The notes under the pieces: generated by a model
Databases searched by the model: none
What the model saw: the letters and a program-made list of their open reading frames with translations, nothing else
What the model was told of the DNA's origin: nothing
Assembly: GCA_002104905.1 (NCBI GenBank)
Contig: MCFE01000503.1
Span: forward strand, 1,543-65,542
Reading direction: 5' to 3'
DNA: 64,000 nt
Source of the DNA: Basidiobolus meristosporus CBS 931.73
Taxonomy: Eukaryota > Fungi > Basidiobolomycota
Made by a program: the position numbers and the translations under genes
Shown here: in pieces, positions 1 through 12,509 of the stretch
Layout of the letters: each line of letters starts with the position of its first letter
Position numbering within the stretch: the first letter of the stretch is position 1

Positions 1-143
1 TGATTTATTGAATGTAAAAGTAATATTTATACTTTACATGGTCTTGGCATAATAAACACATAGAATAGACTTAGAAAGATCCCAAGAACAAATTTGCAAA
101 GTTTGGGGCTGTTTGAATAACTTTGAGAATTTCATGTTCTAAG
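1..143 (-). repeat. Left part of the 3' LTR of an older copia-A copy (A0), interrupted by copy A1; runs off the window start
   Basis: Matches the copia-A LTR; its continuation resumes exactly at 4823-4963 after the CTAAG duplication. Confidence 0.85.
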
Positions 144-501
144 TGTTGTAAGAGTCTTGGAGATATTGGAAGTGATTGGGAGGACAGGTAGATTGTGTGG
201 TTTTCACTTAATGATTTATTGAATGTAAAAGTAGTATTTACACTTTTACCTGGTCTTGGCATTAAAAGCACATAGAATAGGTTAAGGAAGGTCCCAACAA
301 CATGTGTGCAAAGTTTGGGGCTGTTTGGACAACTTTGAGAATTTTGATGTTCTGGGTATCTGGTATTTGGTGAAAATATTCCAAATAATCCTGACAAGGA
401 ATTTGGTCATTATTCTCTAGGATTTGAAGGTAATGATATAAGTGACTAAGTTAGGTGAATATTTGGGTGGAAATACAAATTTTTACAACACCCCCACTCA
501 G

Positions 502-3500
502 CTAAATGTTCATACTGACTAATCCTAATTTTGACCTAAGATATTCAAACTTGTCTCTAGCTAGTGGTTTGGTAAATATGTCTTCAATCATTTCATCTAT
601 AGCACAGTAAACTAAGCTAACTAAGTTATTCTCTATAGCTTCATGTATAAAATGATGTCTAAAATCTATGTGCTTGGTTCTAGCATGAAAAGTTGGATTT
701 CTACCTAATTGTATTCATCCCTGATTATCTTGAAATAAAGTAATAAGCGTTTTTTTGACATAGGCCACAATCTGTAAGAAGCTTTCTTAACCACATTGCT
801 TCTTTTGTAGCTTCACAGGCTGCCATGTACTCTGCCTCTGTGGTAGAAAGTGCCACGGTTGGTTGCTTTCTTGAATTCCATGAAATTGCTCCTTTACAGT
901 AAAGAAAGGTGTATCCAGTGGTGGATCTTCCGACTTCCAAATTTTGTTCCCAATCAGCATCAGAGTATCTTGCAAGATCCTGTTCTGAATCCTTATAAGT
1001 GCATCTTAAGCAGATATCAGCAGTTCCTTTTAGGTATCTACAAATCCGCTTAACTGCTGCAATATGATCAGATCCAGAGTATTGATTATGTTGACTGACA
1101 ACTCCCACTGAATATGAGATATCTGGATGTGTTCCAAGCATGATATACATCAGACTGCTGATCATAGACTGATAAGGAAAGTCAGGGCTTTCAGACGGCA
1201 CCAAGCTCTCTTGATTTGGCTGAGTTTTGACCAAATTAAGATTTGTCTCCTTTGGGGTAGCTGCCAGTTAACAGTCTTCCATTTGGTACTTCTTTAGCAT
1301 ATCTTGAATATACTTGGATTGGCTTAGGGTAATAGTCTGGGTACTTCTGTCTATGGAGAACCTAATCCCTAAGTAGTAACTGAGTTCTCCTAGATTGGAC
1401 ATCTTGAACTCCTTAGATAGGCTGGATTTAGTCTCTTCCAATGTTTCTAGGTTATTGGTGGCTATAATAAGTTCATCCACATATAGAGCTAATAACTCTG
1501 GATTTGCTCTATCTGGCTTAAGGTATATACTCTGGTCAGCATTACTCCTTTTGAAGCTCAAAGATTCCAAATAAGAATCTATCTTGCAATTCCACGCACT
1601 TGGTGATTGTTTGAGACCATATAGTGACTTTTTAAGCTTGCAGACCAAATGGGGTTTATCTTGGTCAACAAACCCATCAGGCTGGTCCATATTCACATCC
1701 TGATCAAGTTCTCCATTCAAAAATGCAGTCTTTACATCCATTTGATGAATAAAAAACTTATATTTGGCTGCAATAGCCAATATTAATCTGATGGAATTAA
1801 ACTTGGCTACTGGTGCAAAGGTCTCAGTATAATCAGGTCCTTTTGTTTGAGAGTATCCTTTGGCTACAAGTCTTGCTTTGTATCTTACAATTGTGCCATC
1901 AGCTTTGTATTTTGTCTTGAAGACCCATCTGCATCCAATTGATTTTTGGTTGATTGGTAATTTGACTAAGTCCCAAGTTTGATTTTCCATCAGTGCCTGA
2001 TATTCCTCAGTCATTGCAGATCTCCAAAACTTTGTCTGAGGGCTATTTAGGGCCTCTTTTACTGTCTGGGGCTCATCAATATGGACTGAATAGGCATAGG
2101 CTAAGTTTGTACCCTCATTGATATAGTAATTTGGACTATTTCTTGTCCAATTGGATCTCTAGGCACTTGATACTGAAATGATCACTTCTGGGATATTCCT
2201 GGGCACTGATTCTGGCTGAACCATGGTTGTAGAATCCTCTGGAGTGAAAAATTCTCATTGTTTTGCTCTGATTCAATCTTGACAATTGGTGGACTTGAGA
2301 TCAAATTTTTGTCATCATCTGATGCCATTTTTCGTGAAAATCTTGAATTTTCATCAAACAACACATCCCTGGACTGGATTAGCTTCTATGCTTTGGTATT
2401 GTAGAGTCTATATGCCTTACTCTCATTGCAGTAGCCCAAATATATGCATTTTACACTTTTTGGCTCAAATTTTGACTGATTTCCGGCCAGTTTTTTAGCA
2501 TATGCTGTACACCCAAATATTCTTAGATGTTCTGCACTTGGTCTGTATCCATACCATGCATCAAATGGAGTGGAATCACAAAGTATTCCTCTATAACTCC
2601 TATTTTTAAGGTATACAGCAGTGGCAACTGATTCCACCAAAAAATCATAGCATAATTTTTGATCATGGATCATAGATCTTTCCAAATCCATTATTGATCA
2701 GTTAGCATGTTCTGCTGCTCCATTTTGCTGTGGAGAGTATGGTACAGTAGTCCTTTGCTTTATCCTATGAATTTTGCAGAAGCGGATGAACAATTTTGAG
2801 GTATATTCTCCACCATTGTCAGAGCATATTTTCTTGATTTTTTCACCAGTTTCTCTCTCTACCATGGCTTTAAGCTCCCTGAGCTTAGACAGAGCTTCTT
2901 CCTTTCTCTCCATGAAGTAGACCCATGTGTATCTTGCATAATCATCAATAAAAGTGCTTACATACTTCATCCTGCCTAAGGATAAATTTTACAAAGGTCC
3001 ACACAGATCTGAGTGAAATATATCGAATTTTTTCTTAGTTTTGATTAACCCAGAGCTCTTGAACAGTTGTCTGGCTTGTTTCCCATATATGCAGGCTTCA
3101 CAGTGCTCCAAATTAGCTGGGGGATCAACTTTTACTCCAGAAATTAGCTGATCTTTGATCATTTTGCGCAAATAATCAAAATTGATGTGTCCAAATCTCC
3201 TGTACCAAAGCATTAGTGTTTCTTCATTTAAGTTACTTATATTAGCTTCCAAATATGATGGAATATAAGTCAACTTGTATAGATTCTGATCTCTGATGCC
3301 CAAAGCAATATGGGCACCATTTTGATCAGTGATCCTGCATCCAGAATTGTCAAAACTGAAACTGAGCCCTTCTGCTGTGGCCTTGCTTAGAGATAGTAGG
3401 TTCTTGGCTATTTTTGGTACATAGAGTACTTCTTTAAAGGTCAGTGTATGGCTTCCTTCACTGCTTCTAAGGTTTACTTGGATAGTTCCTTCTCCCACTG

Positions 3501-4469
3501 CATCAAGTGTTCAATTGTCACCCATGAGAACCTTCTTAATTGGAATTTCTTGATATTGGGCAAAAAGTTCTTTTTGGTGTGTAAAGTGTTGAGAAGCTCC
3601 AGAGTCAATATACCACGTCTGAGAATCCTTGTTTGTGGTCATATTTAGTGCAAATATGAATAGTCTATCTTCAGTTATTGCAGCATTTCCATATTCAGGC
3701 TTCTTTTGCTGATAATCTCACTTTTTGAGACACTGGTCTGATATGTGTCCTTTCCTTTTGCAGTAGTTGTAAAACAGGTTGCTGTTGCCTTTGTAGGGTC
3801 TTGGGTACTGGCTTTGTTGGCTATCATTGCTTATTAAAGCATTTTCTTGTTCCTTCTTATTGGTTGATTTTCTTATTTCTTCATCCAGGAGCCTTCCATT
3901 TACATAATTTAAGGCCAAATCTTCAGTTCTGGACTCTAGGGCTGATACAAGGCCCTGAAACTTGTCTGTCAGGATATTCAGGATGGTAACTATCACATCC
4001 TCATCAGTAGTTGGTACACCAACAGATTCCATCTCATCTACCAGCAGGGTAATTCTGTAAATTAGATTATTATTTCTTCTCCTTGCAGCATCTTTGTAGT
4101 AAAGAGTTTTCATCTCAGATTCATTTTTGTAGCAGCTGAACATGACTGGTAGGCGTCTTCTAATGCCTTCCAGGCATTCTTTGCCGTTTTTGCTCTTGAA
4201 CATTGAATTAGAAATTTGTCCTTAACATTAAGGCAAATGCAGTTAAAGGCACTTAGTTCTTTCTTCTGATACTTTAAGGCTTCCTCTACCATGTTTATGG
4301 GGGGGCATTCTTCTCCCATGACAATATCCCAGAGGCCTCTTTCTTGCAGCAGCATCTTCATCTTCACCTTCCACACTTGGTAGTTAGATCCATCCAACTT
4401 TTCAGTAGAGGGAAAAATACCAGTAATAGCTGTAGTAGACATTGCAGAGAGTGACAGCTTGGGGCTCAT
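502..4469 (-). pseudogene. Disrupted gag-pol polyprotein of copia A1 (multiple stops and frameshifts)
   Basis: ORF fragments 4110-4469, 3718-4203, 2989-3498, 2698-2970, 2386-2691, 1268-2014 and 725-1234 are collinear copia domains; ends ..GLVSMNI* at 502. Confidence 0.92.
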
Positions 4470-4473
4470 AACC
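4462..4473 (-). promoter_or_regulatory. Primer binding site GGTTATGAGCCC, complementary to the anticodon stem-loop of initiator tRNA-Met (half-tRNA priming)
   Basis: Directly abuts the LTR 3' end; same motif at 43989-44000 (+) and 52243-52254 (-); degenerate at ~20695-20706 and ~38047-38058. Confidence 0.9.
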
Positions 4474-5399
4474 TGTTGTTAGAGTCTTGGAGATATTGGA
4501 AGTGATTGGGAGGACAAGTAGATTGTGTGGTTTTCACATAATGAATTATTGAATGTAAAAGTAGTATTGATACTTTTACCTGGTCTTGGCATTAAAAACA
4601 CATAGAATAGGCTAAGGAAGGGCCCAAGAACATGTGTGCAAAGTTTGGGGCTGTTTGGACAACTTTGAGAATTTTGATGTTCTGGGTACCTGGTATTTTG
4701 GTGAAAATATTCTAAGTAAATCCCAACAAGGAGTTTGGTCAGTAATCTCTAGGATATAAAAGTAATTATCTAAGCAAATAAGTTAGGTGAATATTTAGGT
4801 GGAAATACAAATTTTTGCAACACTAAGTACCTGGTATTTTGGTGAAAATATTACAAATAAATCACAACAAGGATTTTGGTCAGAGTTGTCCAGGATTTGG
4901 AGGTAGTGATCCAAGTGACTATGTTAGGGGAATATTCAGTTGGAATTACCACTTTTTACAAAACCTCCACTCAATCTAAATTAACCAAGTTATTCTCTAT
5001 AGCTTCATGTATGAAACTGGTCTAATATATATGTGCTTAGTTCTAGCATGAAAGGTTGGATTCCTACCCAATTGTATACATCCTTAGTTATGTTGAAATA
5101 AAGTAATAGCCATTTTTTGGCACAAGTCTAAATCTTTAAGAAGCTTCCTTAGCCACATGGCTTCTTTTGTAGCTTCACAGGCTACCATATACTATGACTC
5201 TGTGGTAGAAAGTGCTACAGTTGGTTGCTTTCCCCTATAAAAAAATTTGGCCCCTCAAGTGAATCCAATCCAGATCAGCTGTCAGGATCCCATTTGGAGA
5301 CCATCATAATACTAGCAGCTTAGAATTAATGACCCTCTTAACAATCTTATAATGGGATCACAATGGCATTTAGCTAGTTTTACTGCCAACAATGATCAA

Positions 5400-8300
5400 A
5401 AATTTGACAGGGTCTGATCTGCGCTCTAGCAAGAAATGCACAAAATTATTGTAGTCTTAATGAACTTGGCAACTATTTTAAATGGATCTAACTGGCCAGT
5501 ACATCCAGTTGCCTTATATGGCAAAAGCATGATGGTGTTTTGATGGACTCATTGCAGGTCTCTAATAGCATTATTGTGGCAGTATTGTGGCCTACAGCTT
5601 GTTGTGTAAAATGCTACCATACCAATTTACCAAATGATATTTCCTTTTTCTACCTCCTCTTGTGCAATCCATATATTCCACTGTAGAATCACCCCTCTTT
5701 ATTTGCTTACCCACTACTACCTTGGGTATTCCACATATACTTTGAATAAAAAAAACTATGGCCTCCTGCTTACCAACCCCTACAAATGCACACACCTACT
5801 ACAATTGCCATACTTCTATTACCTCAACTTTACAGCTTTTTAGTGTTATAATTGCAAAGTTGCCATTTACCTTCTACTGCTGGTAACATATACATCTTGC
5901 AAAACACATGCTTGGTTGCTACCACTTCTGCCATGAATACCTCTTGAATATCTGCAAAGAGCTTGTTGGTATTTAGCCAATAAATTCCTTCTCCCTGCAG
6001 GATTCTAGTCCCCCTTATAGGTGCACTCTGGCTCTTATTTGTGTGAATTTTGTATTGAATGGTGTAGAAGCTGGCTTGTTACCAAGAGAAGCCTGGCATA
6101 CTTTGATTGAGCTTTCCTAACAAAATTAGTTGCTTACTGCATGCAGCCCGACTTTGCTTAATTGATTACCCACCCATTGGGGTGTCTAAGCTTCTTAACA
6201 CCATAGGCATAGGTGTCTCCATTTGCACATCTATCTGCAATGTTTTCCAACTGTTCCAGGCTGTCCTCCATGTATTGCCACATCACATGCATCATGGACT
6301 TGAAGGTAATGTTCTTGATGAGATTGGAATACGGTAGTGCCTGCAACTTGACTTATCTTCCTATCTCCCCACTCATCTGCTCCATAGGAAACTTCTAAAA
6401 GGTGAAGCAAGGCTCCATATTCACCACACACCAAGCAAGATGGAGTAGGGAATAGATACAACAGCAGCAGAGATCTATACATTCAGCATTATGTTTGCAG
6501 TTTAGCTGCTCAAATTGTGTTACAAACTCCTTATACAACAGCTGAAGATGGGTCAAGTTGGCATTGGTGATCTGCTTCAGGATAAATATTCCTACAAAGT
6601 CCACATATGATTCCCAATGCTTCCAATGTACTCTTGGTAGGAGTGGCTTCAGTATGCCACTTGAATAAATACATATCCAGCTCATCCAGTCTTTGCAATT
6701 GTATTGTTGCATATGCATGTGAATATTGATTAGAGCCCATGAGAAGTACTTAGGGTAGCAGTAACTCTGTAATATCTTGGCAATTCTTTCAAATTTCCAG
6801 TATCTTGAGGTACTCATTTAGCTTGAGACGCCCCATGTACAACTTAGTCATCAGTATAGAGAAAATTTAAAAAAGCAAATACAATGCTCCCAGTGGAAAG
6901 ATCTTGCTCCAATAAATACCCTCTATCTGAAGTATATCTGGTTTCTGATAGATTCAATATTATGGCAGATGACTTATAGCTTGCCAACTTTGCTGCAGTT
7001 ACATGCTGACTTCTGTACATTCTCTCCGTGGGAAGATGATGTGCTTAGTGTTGGTGTTTGGGTAATAATAATATGTGTGATTTATGGAGTAGATTGCCTG
7101 GATCTCACACATTCAACAGCAATATTGTCCATTATGCCCAGAAAAACCTGCTACCATGCTGATGGCTGTGGTATCTCCAATGCAGATGGTAATATGCGCT
7201 TTAACATGACTGCCATTTACTGTTATCCCACTGGAGAGCATACAAAATTCATTCAGCAATGGATACAGTTAGCTATCCAGCTTGGTTGGTGATATAGGCT
7301 CAGATGCCTGTGAGACTACAATCAGAATTTTGCTCTGATACCGTAAGATAGGCAGCAGATTCAGGTTGATGAGAATCAGTGGCCAGCAGGATTTGCTAGT
7401 AGAGTACTTGCTTAATAAGAATCTATCAAGTGCTAAAGCAAAGGCATGGTCATACATACCTTCTAAGTAGCCCTTGCTTCTTAGCTGTTTGTAATGCTTG
7501 CCATCAAAACCATCTGATATGTTTGCACATGACTGATACTGTGTGCTGTACTTTATAATATTGCAATACCTGTTGGACTGCTTGAGCTTCTTTAGATGGG
7601 GTATTACTGGAATATATCCAAAGTGTGAGCAATGTTTCCCCTCATTGGCTCTGGATTCCTGACAATTTGGACACATTTCAATGGGGGCACTTTGGGATGT
7701 GAATGCCATGCAACTGTTAATGCATGCTGGATTCAGGACAGTATTTGGGTCATAGGTTGCCAGCTGCATGATGGTTGTCCACTTGTACCATGGACATGGT
7801 AAGTTGCATCCCAGAATGATTTTAGTAACTAGCAGTAGTAAATTCTCAATGCCCCCATTGCTGATATTAGTGGAAACATGCCACTTCTCTAGCTGCAACA
7901 TTACATTATTCACCAGTAGATGGATTACTGGGCTCATTTGGCTTCATAAAGTATCCTTGGCATTTGTTTCAACAGGTACTCTCCTATTGCATATTGGGAC
8001 TTGACCAGACTCATGCATGGTACTGTTGTTAGGGGAGATAGGCAAATATTCCATCAATGAGCCTTCTTTGTCAGAGCTATCACTCTGAGTGCCATATTCA
8101 GAAGGCTGAGGTGAGCCTAAAGGCATCACAAACTCACCTGACTGGGTTTGTGCAAGGTAATAAAGATGGCCAGGTGTCAATATAGTGGTATCAACTGGCC
8201 AGCAAGATAATGTGGGCACTGCAGTGACTGATGAATGGTCAAATATGACTTGTGTGGCAAATCACTGGGCATGATCCTTATAATACTTCCTATGCTGCCT

Positions 8301-8420
8301 GCATGATTCATGGCTGAGAGGCTTGCTATAATAGCTACATGGTTCTTTTTCTCTTCTCTTATGGTGTTGAATCAGTGTAGTCTTGTCCACAGGGCAAACA
8401 GTTTGGCCTTCAACAACGTA
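5400..8420 (-). pseudogene. EnSpm/Tnp2 (Transposase_21-like) transposase, fragmented
   Basis: Motifs CINSCMAFT..CPNC, DGFDGKHYKQL..ALALD..CWPLILINLNL, GDTTAISMVAGFSGHNGQYC, HWKHWESYVDFV..EFVTQFEQL..IYSLLHLA; end coordinates approximate. Confidence 0.85.
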
Positions 8421-8610
8421 ACGCTAATATTTCACTTTTTGGTCAATACTCATATGAATTTGAGACAATCTTGTATTTGAGACATTGCACATAAATGAAT
8501 GCAAGATTCTATGATGACCCATCATAGTAAGCATTATAAATAAAGTTGTGGTACCATATACCCAAATAAATGTATCTCTGTTTCCCCTATGGTGACTCAC
8601 TTTCATATAC

Positions 8611-10500
8611 ATGCCACTAAAAAATAAAGCAAAGTCATCTGGTTCTCAACTAAACACTACTGCTGATGGCAGCAGAAGAGCGGTTGGAGAACAGCTGGCT
8701 GTGACATTCAATGCAACAAGCAGGGCTACATCCAGAAAAGGTGATGTTGACTGTGTGCTCACTGAAGGTAACAATGCAGACTATGCAGGTCCCCAGTCAA
8801 GTAGGCAATAGAGAGCCGCTGTGGAGCCTCAGGCTGACCATTATGCTTGGGCTGATGAGAGTGTATCAAATACAGTACCTTCAGCTGAAGACCAGCTTGT
8901 GGCAGTGATAACATCACCACCACCCATATCAACAAGTATGTAGTCAGCTCATTCCAAAGCATTAATGAAGCTATTGGGTGCAGTGGCTGATAGGATAGAT
9001 GTAATGGCCCAGAGAAATCAGGCAACAGTCCAGAAACAGGATTAGCAGATAATCATGTAGAGCAATCTATACCCCAGGTAGAGAAAGCTGTATCTTTGCT
9101 GCAAAGGAGGAACTCAAGTAGCTCAAAGTTGCAGCCAAGAATTGAGACTTTTCCCAATCTAACAGCAGAAGAACACCATACAGTCTTTGAAGCACAACAA
9201 CAGTGCCCAAAAACAAAGCTCACAGTAAACCTATCACAGCATGGGAGGGAGACAATGTGGTGTTTATGCCAAAGCCTAAACGTCAAAAGATATTGAAGAT
9301 CTGTAAAGCCATTGAATACAATAATGAAGAGTGGGCTAATATTTAAATGGCCATCAGAAATCTAGCACACCATCACCTAAAGGCTGGGATTCTATGTAAC
9401 CATCAGGAACTCAAGGTCAAGCAGAATGTGCTTGAGTTGTTACATAAGTATTATCCTGGATTCAAGCAGGCAAACAGATTTTGGGCCAGCATTGCTAGGA
9501 AAGTATCTTAAGAATAGCAGAAACTATCAAAGGTAGAAGAATAAGGGTGTCATGGCCAAAAACCGGTTGCTTCATTAAAAGCCCATTACAAGCAGGGCCA
9601 AAAGCTCCAAACAAGCATCAAAGAGATATCAGGTAGCTGGAAAGGTGCCAATAAGGGACAAGTAGGCAGACACAGATGCACCAGCACAACATTTATTAAG
9701 GATAAAGCATAGTAGCAATGATGGACCTGGCAGTGGTAAAAGCCAGTGGCTTTCTCAGGAGCCCACCACAACTACAGCCAAGAGCTCAGAACAAGCGGTA
9801 AAGAAATGTCAAATTCCCAGGAGAGTGCCAGCAAGTGACAAGCAGGCCAAAACAGTTGTGTTAGAGCAGAATTTATCAAGGAGAAAATGTACTTCAGTAC
9901 AAGAAACACTCAGACACAGTAGCAGTGAAAGACCTGGCAGTGATAAAGGAAAAGGAAAAAATACCTATTCAAGCCTGAGACAGAGAAGCATACAAAAAAA
10001 CTGCAGTTCTTGCCGATCAATGCTGTAAGCCTGGAACATACTGAATCCCATCATAGCCAAGAATAATTACCCCCAGGAAAGCAGCTGTTTTCACAAGAGT
10101 TGGAAGCGCAGGCATTTGAGCTACACTCCGGCAAGATGGATGAGTTTGCACAGAAAGGCAAATTTCTACCACAGCCTCCATGTCCTCTATTGTTGACAGA
10201 GTGAAGATCCCACTGATAGACAAGGCTACAACATCAAGAACTTAAAAGACCACCACAGCTGGCTGAAGACCTGGACATGTGGGAACTAGTGAATGAACAG
10301 TGGCATAAAGCTGTTGGTTTCTCACCAGAGTCATGGAAACAGAGTATTACAGCAGAAATACTTATTGAGTGGTGAATTTTAGTGGAGTTACTTGTTCAGT
10401 GTAGAGATGAGCTCAATGTTAGTGTAGGATATAGGGACTTGAATAGGTCAATACAATTGGTAATTTAGGTTCAACTGAAGCTTCAATGGAAATAAAACAA
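8611..10500 (+). pseudogene. Second, divergently oriented ORF of the CMC element (unknown function), fragmented
   Basis: Lies inside the TIRs; PKPKRQK..NEEWANI*MAIRNLAHHHLKAG..HKYYPGFKQANRFWA..GKYLKNSRNYQR; homologous fragment at 28990-29528; 3' end approximate. Confidence 0.55.
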
Positions 10501-11093
10501 TTTGTACACATAAATAGTAAGAGAAACAGTTGAGTCAGGAAGTAAGGAGTCTGAAAAAGAGGTTGTAGCCAATCAATGTACACAAATATAGGAGGTGATC
10601 AAGTGTCCAGGATTAGAAAGTTAGCAAATTGGCAAGGAACCAATCAAAGCCACTTTATATATTGTTGTGATGAAAATTTTTGACCAAGTTTTTTGCAAAA
10701 TCTGGAGTGCAATTACTTTTCAAAAGTCTGCACAGGGTGTCCAGACAGGATCAGTATTGCTTAGTCAGGGGACTTTAAACTTGTGATGGCCTTTTGGTGG
10801 GATCATCACAATAATTTCTCATGGGGTTCTTGAATTCCATAAAATTGCTCCTTTACAGAAAAGAAAGGAGTATCCTATAGTGTATCTTCTGTTGTCCAAA
10901 TTTTATCCCCAATCAGCCTCAGAGTATCACACAAGATCCTGTTCTGAATCCTTATAAGTGCATCTTAAGCAGATATCAGCAGTTCCTTTTAGGTATCTAA
11001 AGATCTGATCAACTGCTGCAATCTGAACAGTTCCATAGTTCTGACTATGCTGGCTGGCAGCTGTGATTGAATATGAAATATCTGGACATGTTC

Positions 11094-12323
11094 TGTTGTG
11101 TTGTATTATGATTAGTTTGGGGCTTGTTCTACAATTTAGAGGCTAATCAACAATATATAACAACTTCCAGTATGCTAATACTGAGATAGTTTATTGGGAG
11201 TTTGATATACTGTTAGAAGATATAACTTTCACTAGTTTCCTCAATCTTAGGCTCAAAATATACTGTAGGCAGTGTTTATCACTTCTACAGCAGTGTACTG
11301 ACATTCTGTTGACTAATGGGCTTATTTACTTTTATAGCAACTTTTCCTTATTTGGAAGTCACATTCCTTTCTGACAAAATATTTCCTAATATGGAAGTTC
11401 TGAACTCCCCGTTAACCTAAAGGGGTGTGTCTTAGAAGTGCCTAAAGGGGTCTTTAGACCTAAAGGGGTGTCTAAAGGGGTGTCTTTAGGCTGAAGGGGC
11501 TTCTTGTAATGGTCTCTAAAGTGGACTTTGCACTAAAGGGGTGCCTAAAGGAGCTTCTTCAGAGTAATGGGGTTTCTTAAAGGGGTCTCTGAAGGGCTCT
11601 TTAGACTAAAGGGGTGTCTTTAGAGTAAAGGGGTTTCTTAGAGGGGACTTTTCCAACAGAGAAGTGGTAGTTTCTTGTAGAACTTAGATTGGATTCTTGC
11701 AAGCTTTGCAGTCTCTTTACTGATGTAGTACTGATCAAAGTCAGAACACTCAACAGTGCAAGTGATGCAGGGGAAGTCTTATAACCTATAAGCTTGTAAT
11801 TGTAGTGCGGAGATTCTGGAAAGAGAGGCTCCCCCTTTATTTTTCAGCTGGGGAAGTCATATATATGGAAATTTTGAAGGATCAAAGTTTTTGGGCAATT
11901 GCGCAAGCAATACACGCAACACAAAGCTAAAATTTCCCAATGGTGCAGATTGGATATAGGCGCAGCACTTGTGAGAATTTCACTTGATTTGATTGGCTGG
12001 CTCAAAAGTTACACACAATCAAAGTCACCATAGTAATCCTAGCAATAAGGCATAGTATATGTAATAATTGGACTCTTTTGGTCATGACTCCTTAAGTACT
12101 GCTTCAAATGAGCTGTAATCTGAATCATGTGTTGGCTACTACATGTTTTGTATGACGTAATATTCTTGGGTGGATTGCTTGTCAGGGTCTGGAGCATTTG
12201 TTCTTCAAAGTTGGAAATTCTTGATCTTTCACTTGTGTGTTACAATAGCAAAAGCAAAATAAAGAAATGAGTGCAATATTAGTTTAGAGATATTGTAGTT
12301 ATGAAATACTTTCCATTACCACA
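11094..12323. repeat. Solo LTR, family C (copy C1, 1230 bp)
   Basis: TGT..ACA ends; 4-bp TSD GTTC (11090-11093, 12324-12327) inside copia A0; inverted homolog at 13631-14812. Confidence 0.88.
11416..11646 (+). repeat. Degenerate tandem array of (C)TAAAGGGG(TGTC) units within LTR-C1
   Basis: 11 GGGG tracts in ~230 bp; complementary array at ~14300-14492 in LTR-C2. Confidence 0.9.
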
Positions 12324-12509
12324 GTTCTAAGCATGATATACATAGTACTGCCAGCCATAGATTGATAAGTAAATTCAAGGGTTTCAAATGGCACCAAGCT
12401 CTCTTGATTTGGTTGAGTTTTGACCAAGTTAAAGTTTGTCTTTATTGGGGCAGCTGAAGGTTTACAGTCTCCCATTTGTTACTTTTTTAATATATCTTGA
12501 AATATTGAG

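Larger units (their letters stand above)
144..4822 (-). mobile_element. Full-length Ty1/copia LTR retrotransposon, copy A1 (4679 bp), inserted into the LTR of A0
   Basis: LTRs 144-490 and 4474-4822 (TGTTG..CAACA); 5-bp TSD CTAAG at 139-143 and 4823-4827; PBS 4462-4473; PPT 491-500; domain order gag-PR-IN-RT-RH in ORF fragments (KLDGSNYQVWKVKM, SDNGGEYTS, YKARLVAKGYSQ, QMDVKTAFLNG, YSDADW, TEAEYMAA). Confidence 0.97.
5232..10826. mobile_element. Full-length degenerate CMC/EnSpm (CACTA-superfamily) DNA transposon, 5595 bp
   Basis: Termini CCCCTATAAAAAAATT / AATTTCTCATGGGG (imperfect TIR); host TTT becomes TTT..TT, i.e. a 2-bp TT TSD; Tnp2-type transposase inside. Confidence 0.85.

Noticed and set aside
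10020-10500. Weak resemblance of the CMC ORF2 C-terminus to an RTC4-like domain
   Set aside because: Similarity is limited to a few residues across frameshifts; an HMM search would be needed
11416-11646. TAAAGGGG array as a telomere or interstitial telomeric repeat
   Set aside because: Units are irregular and lie inside a TSD-bounded solo LTR present twice; not a TTAGGG-type perfect array
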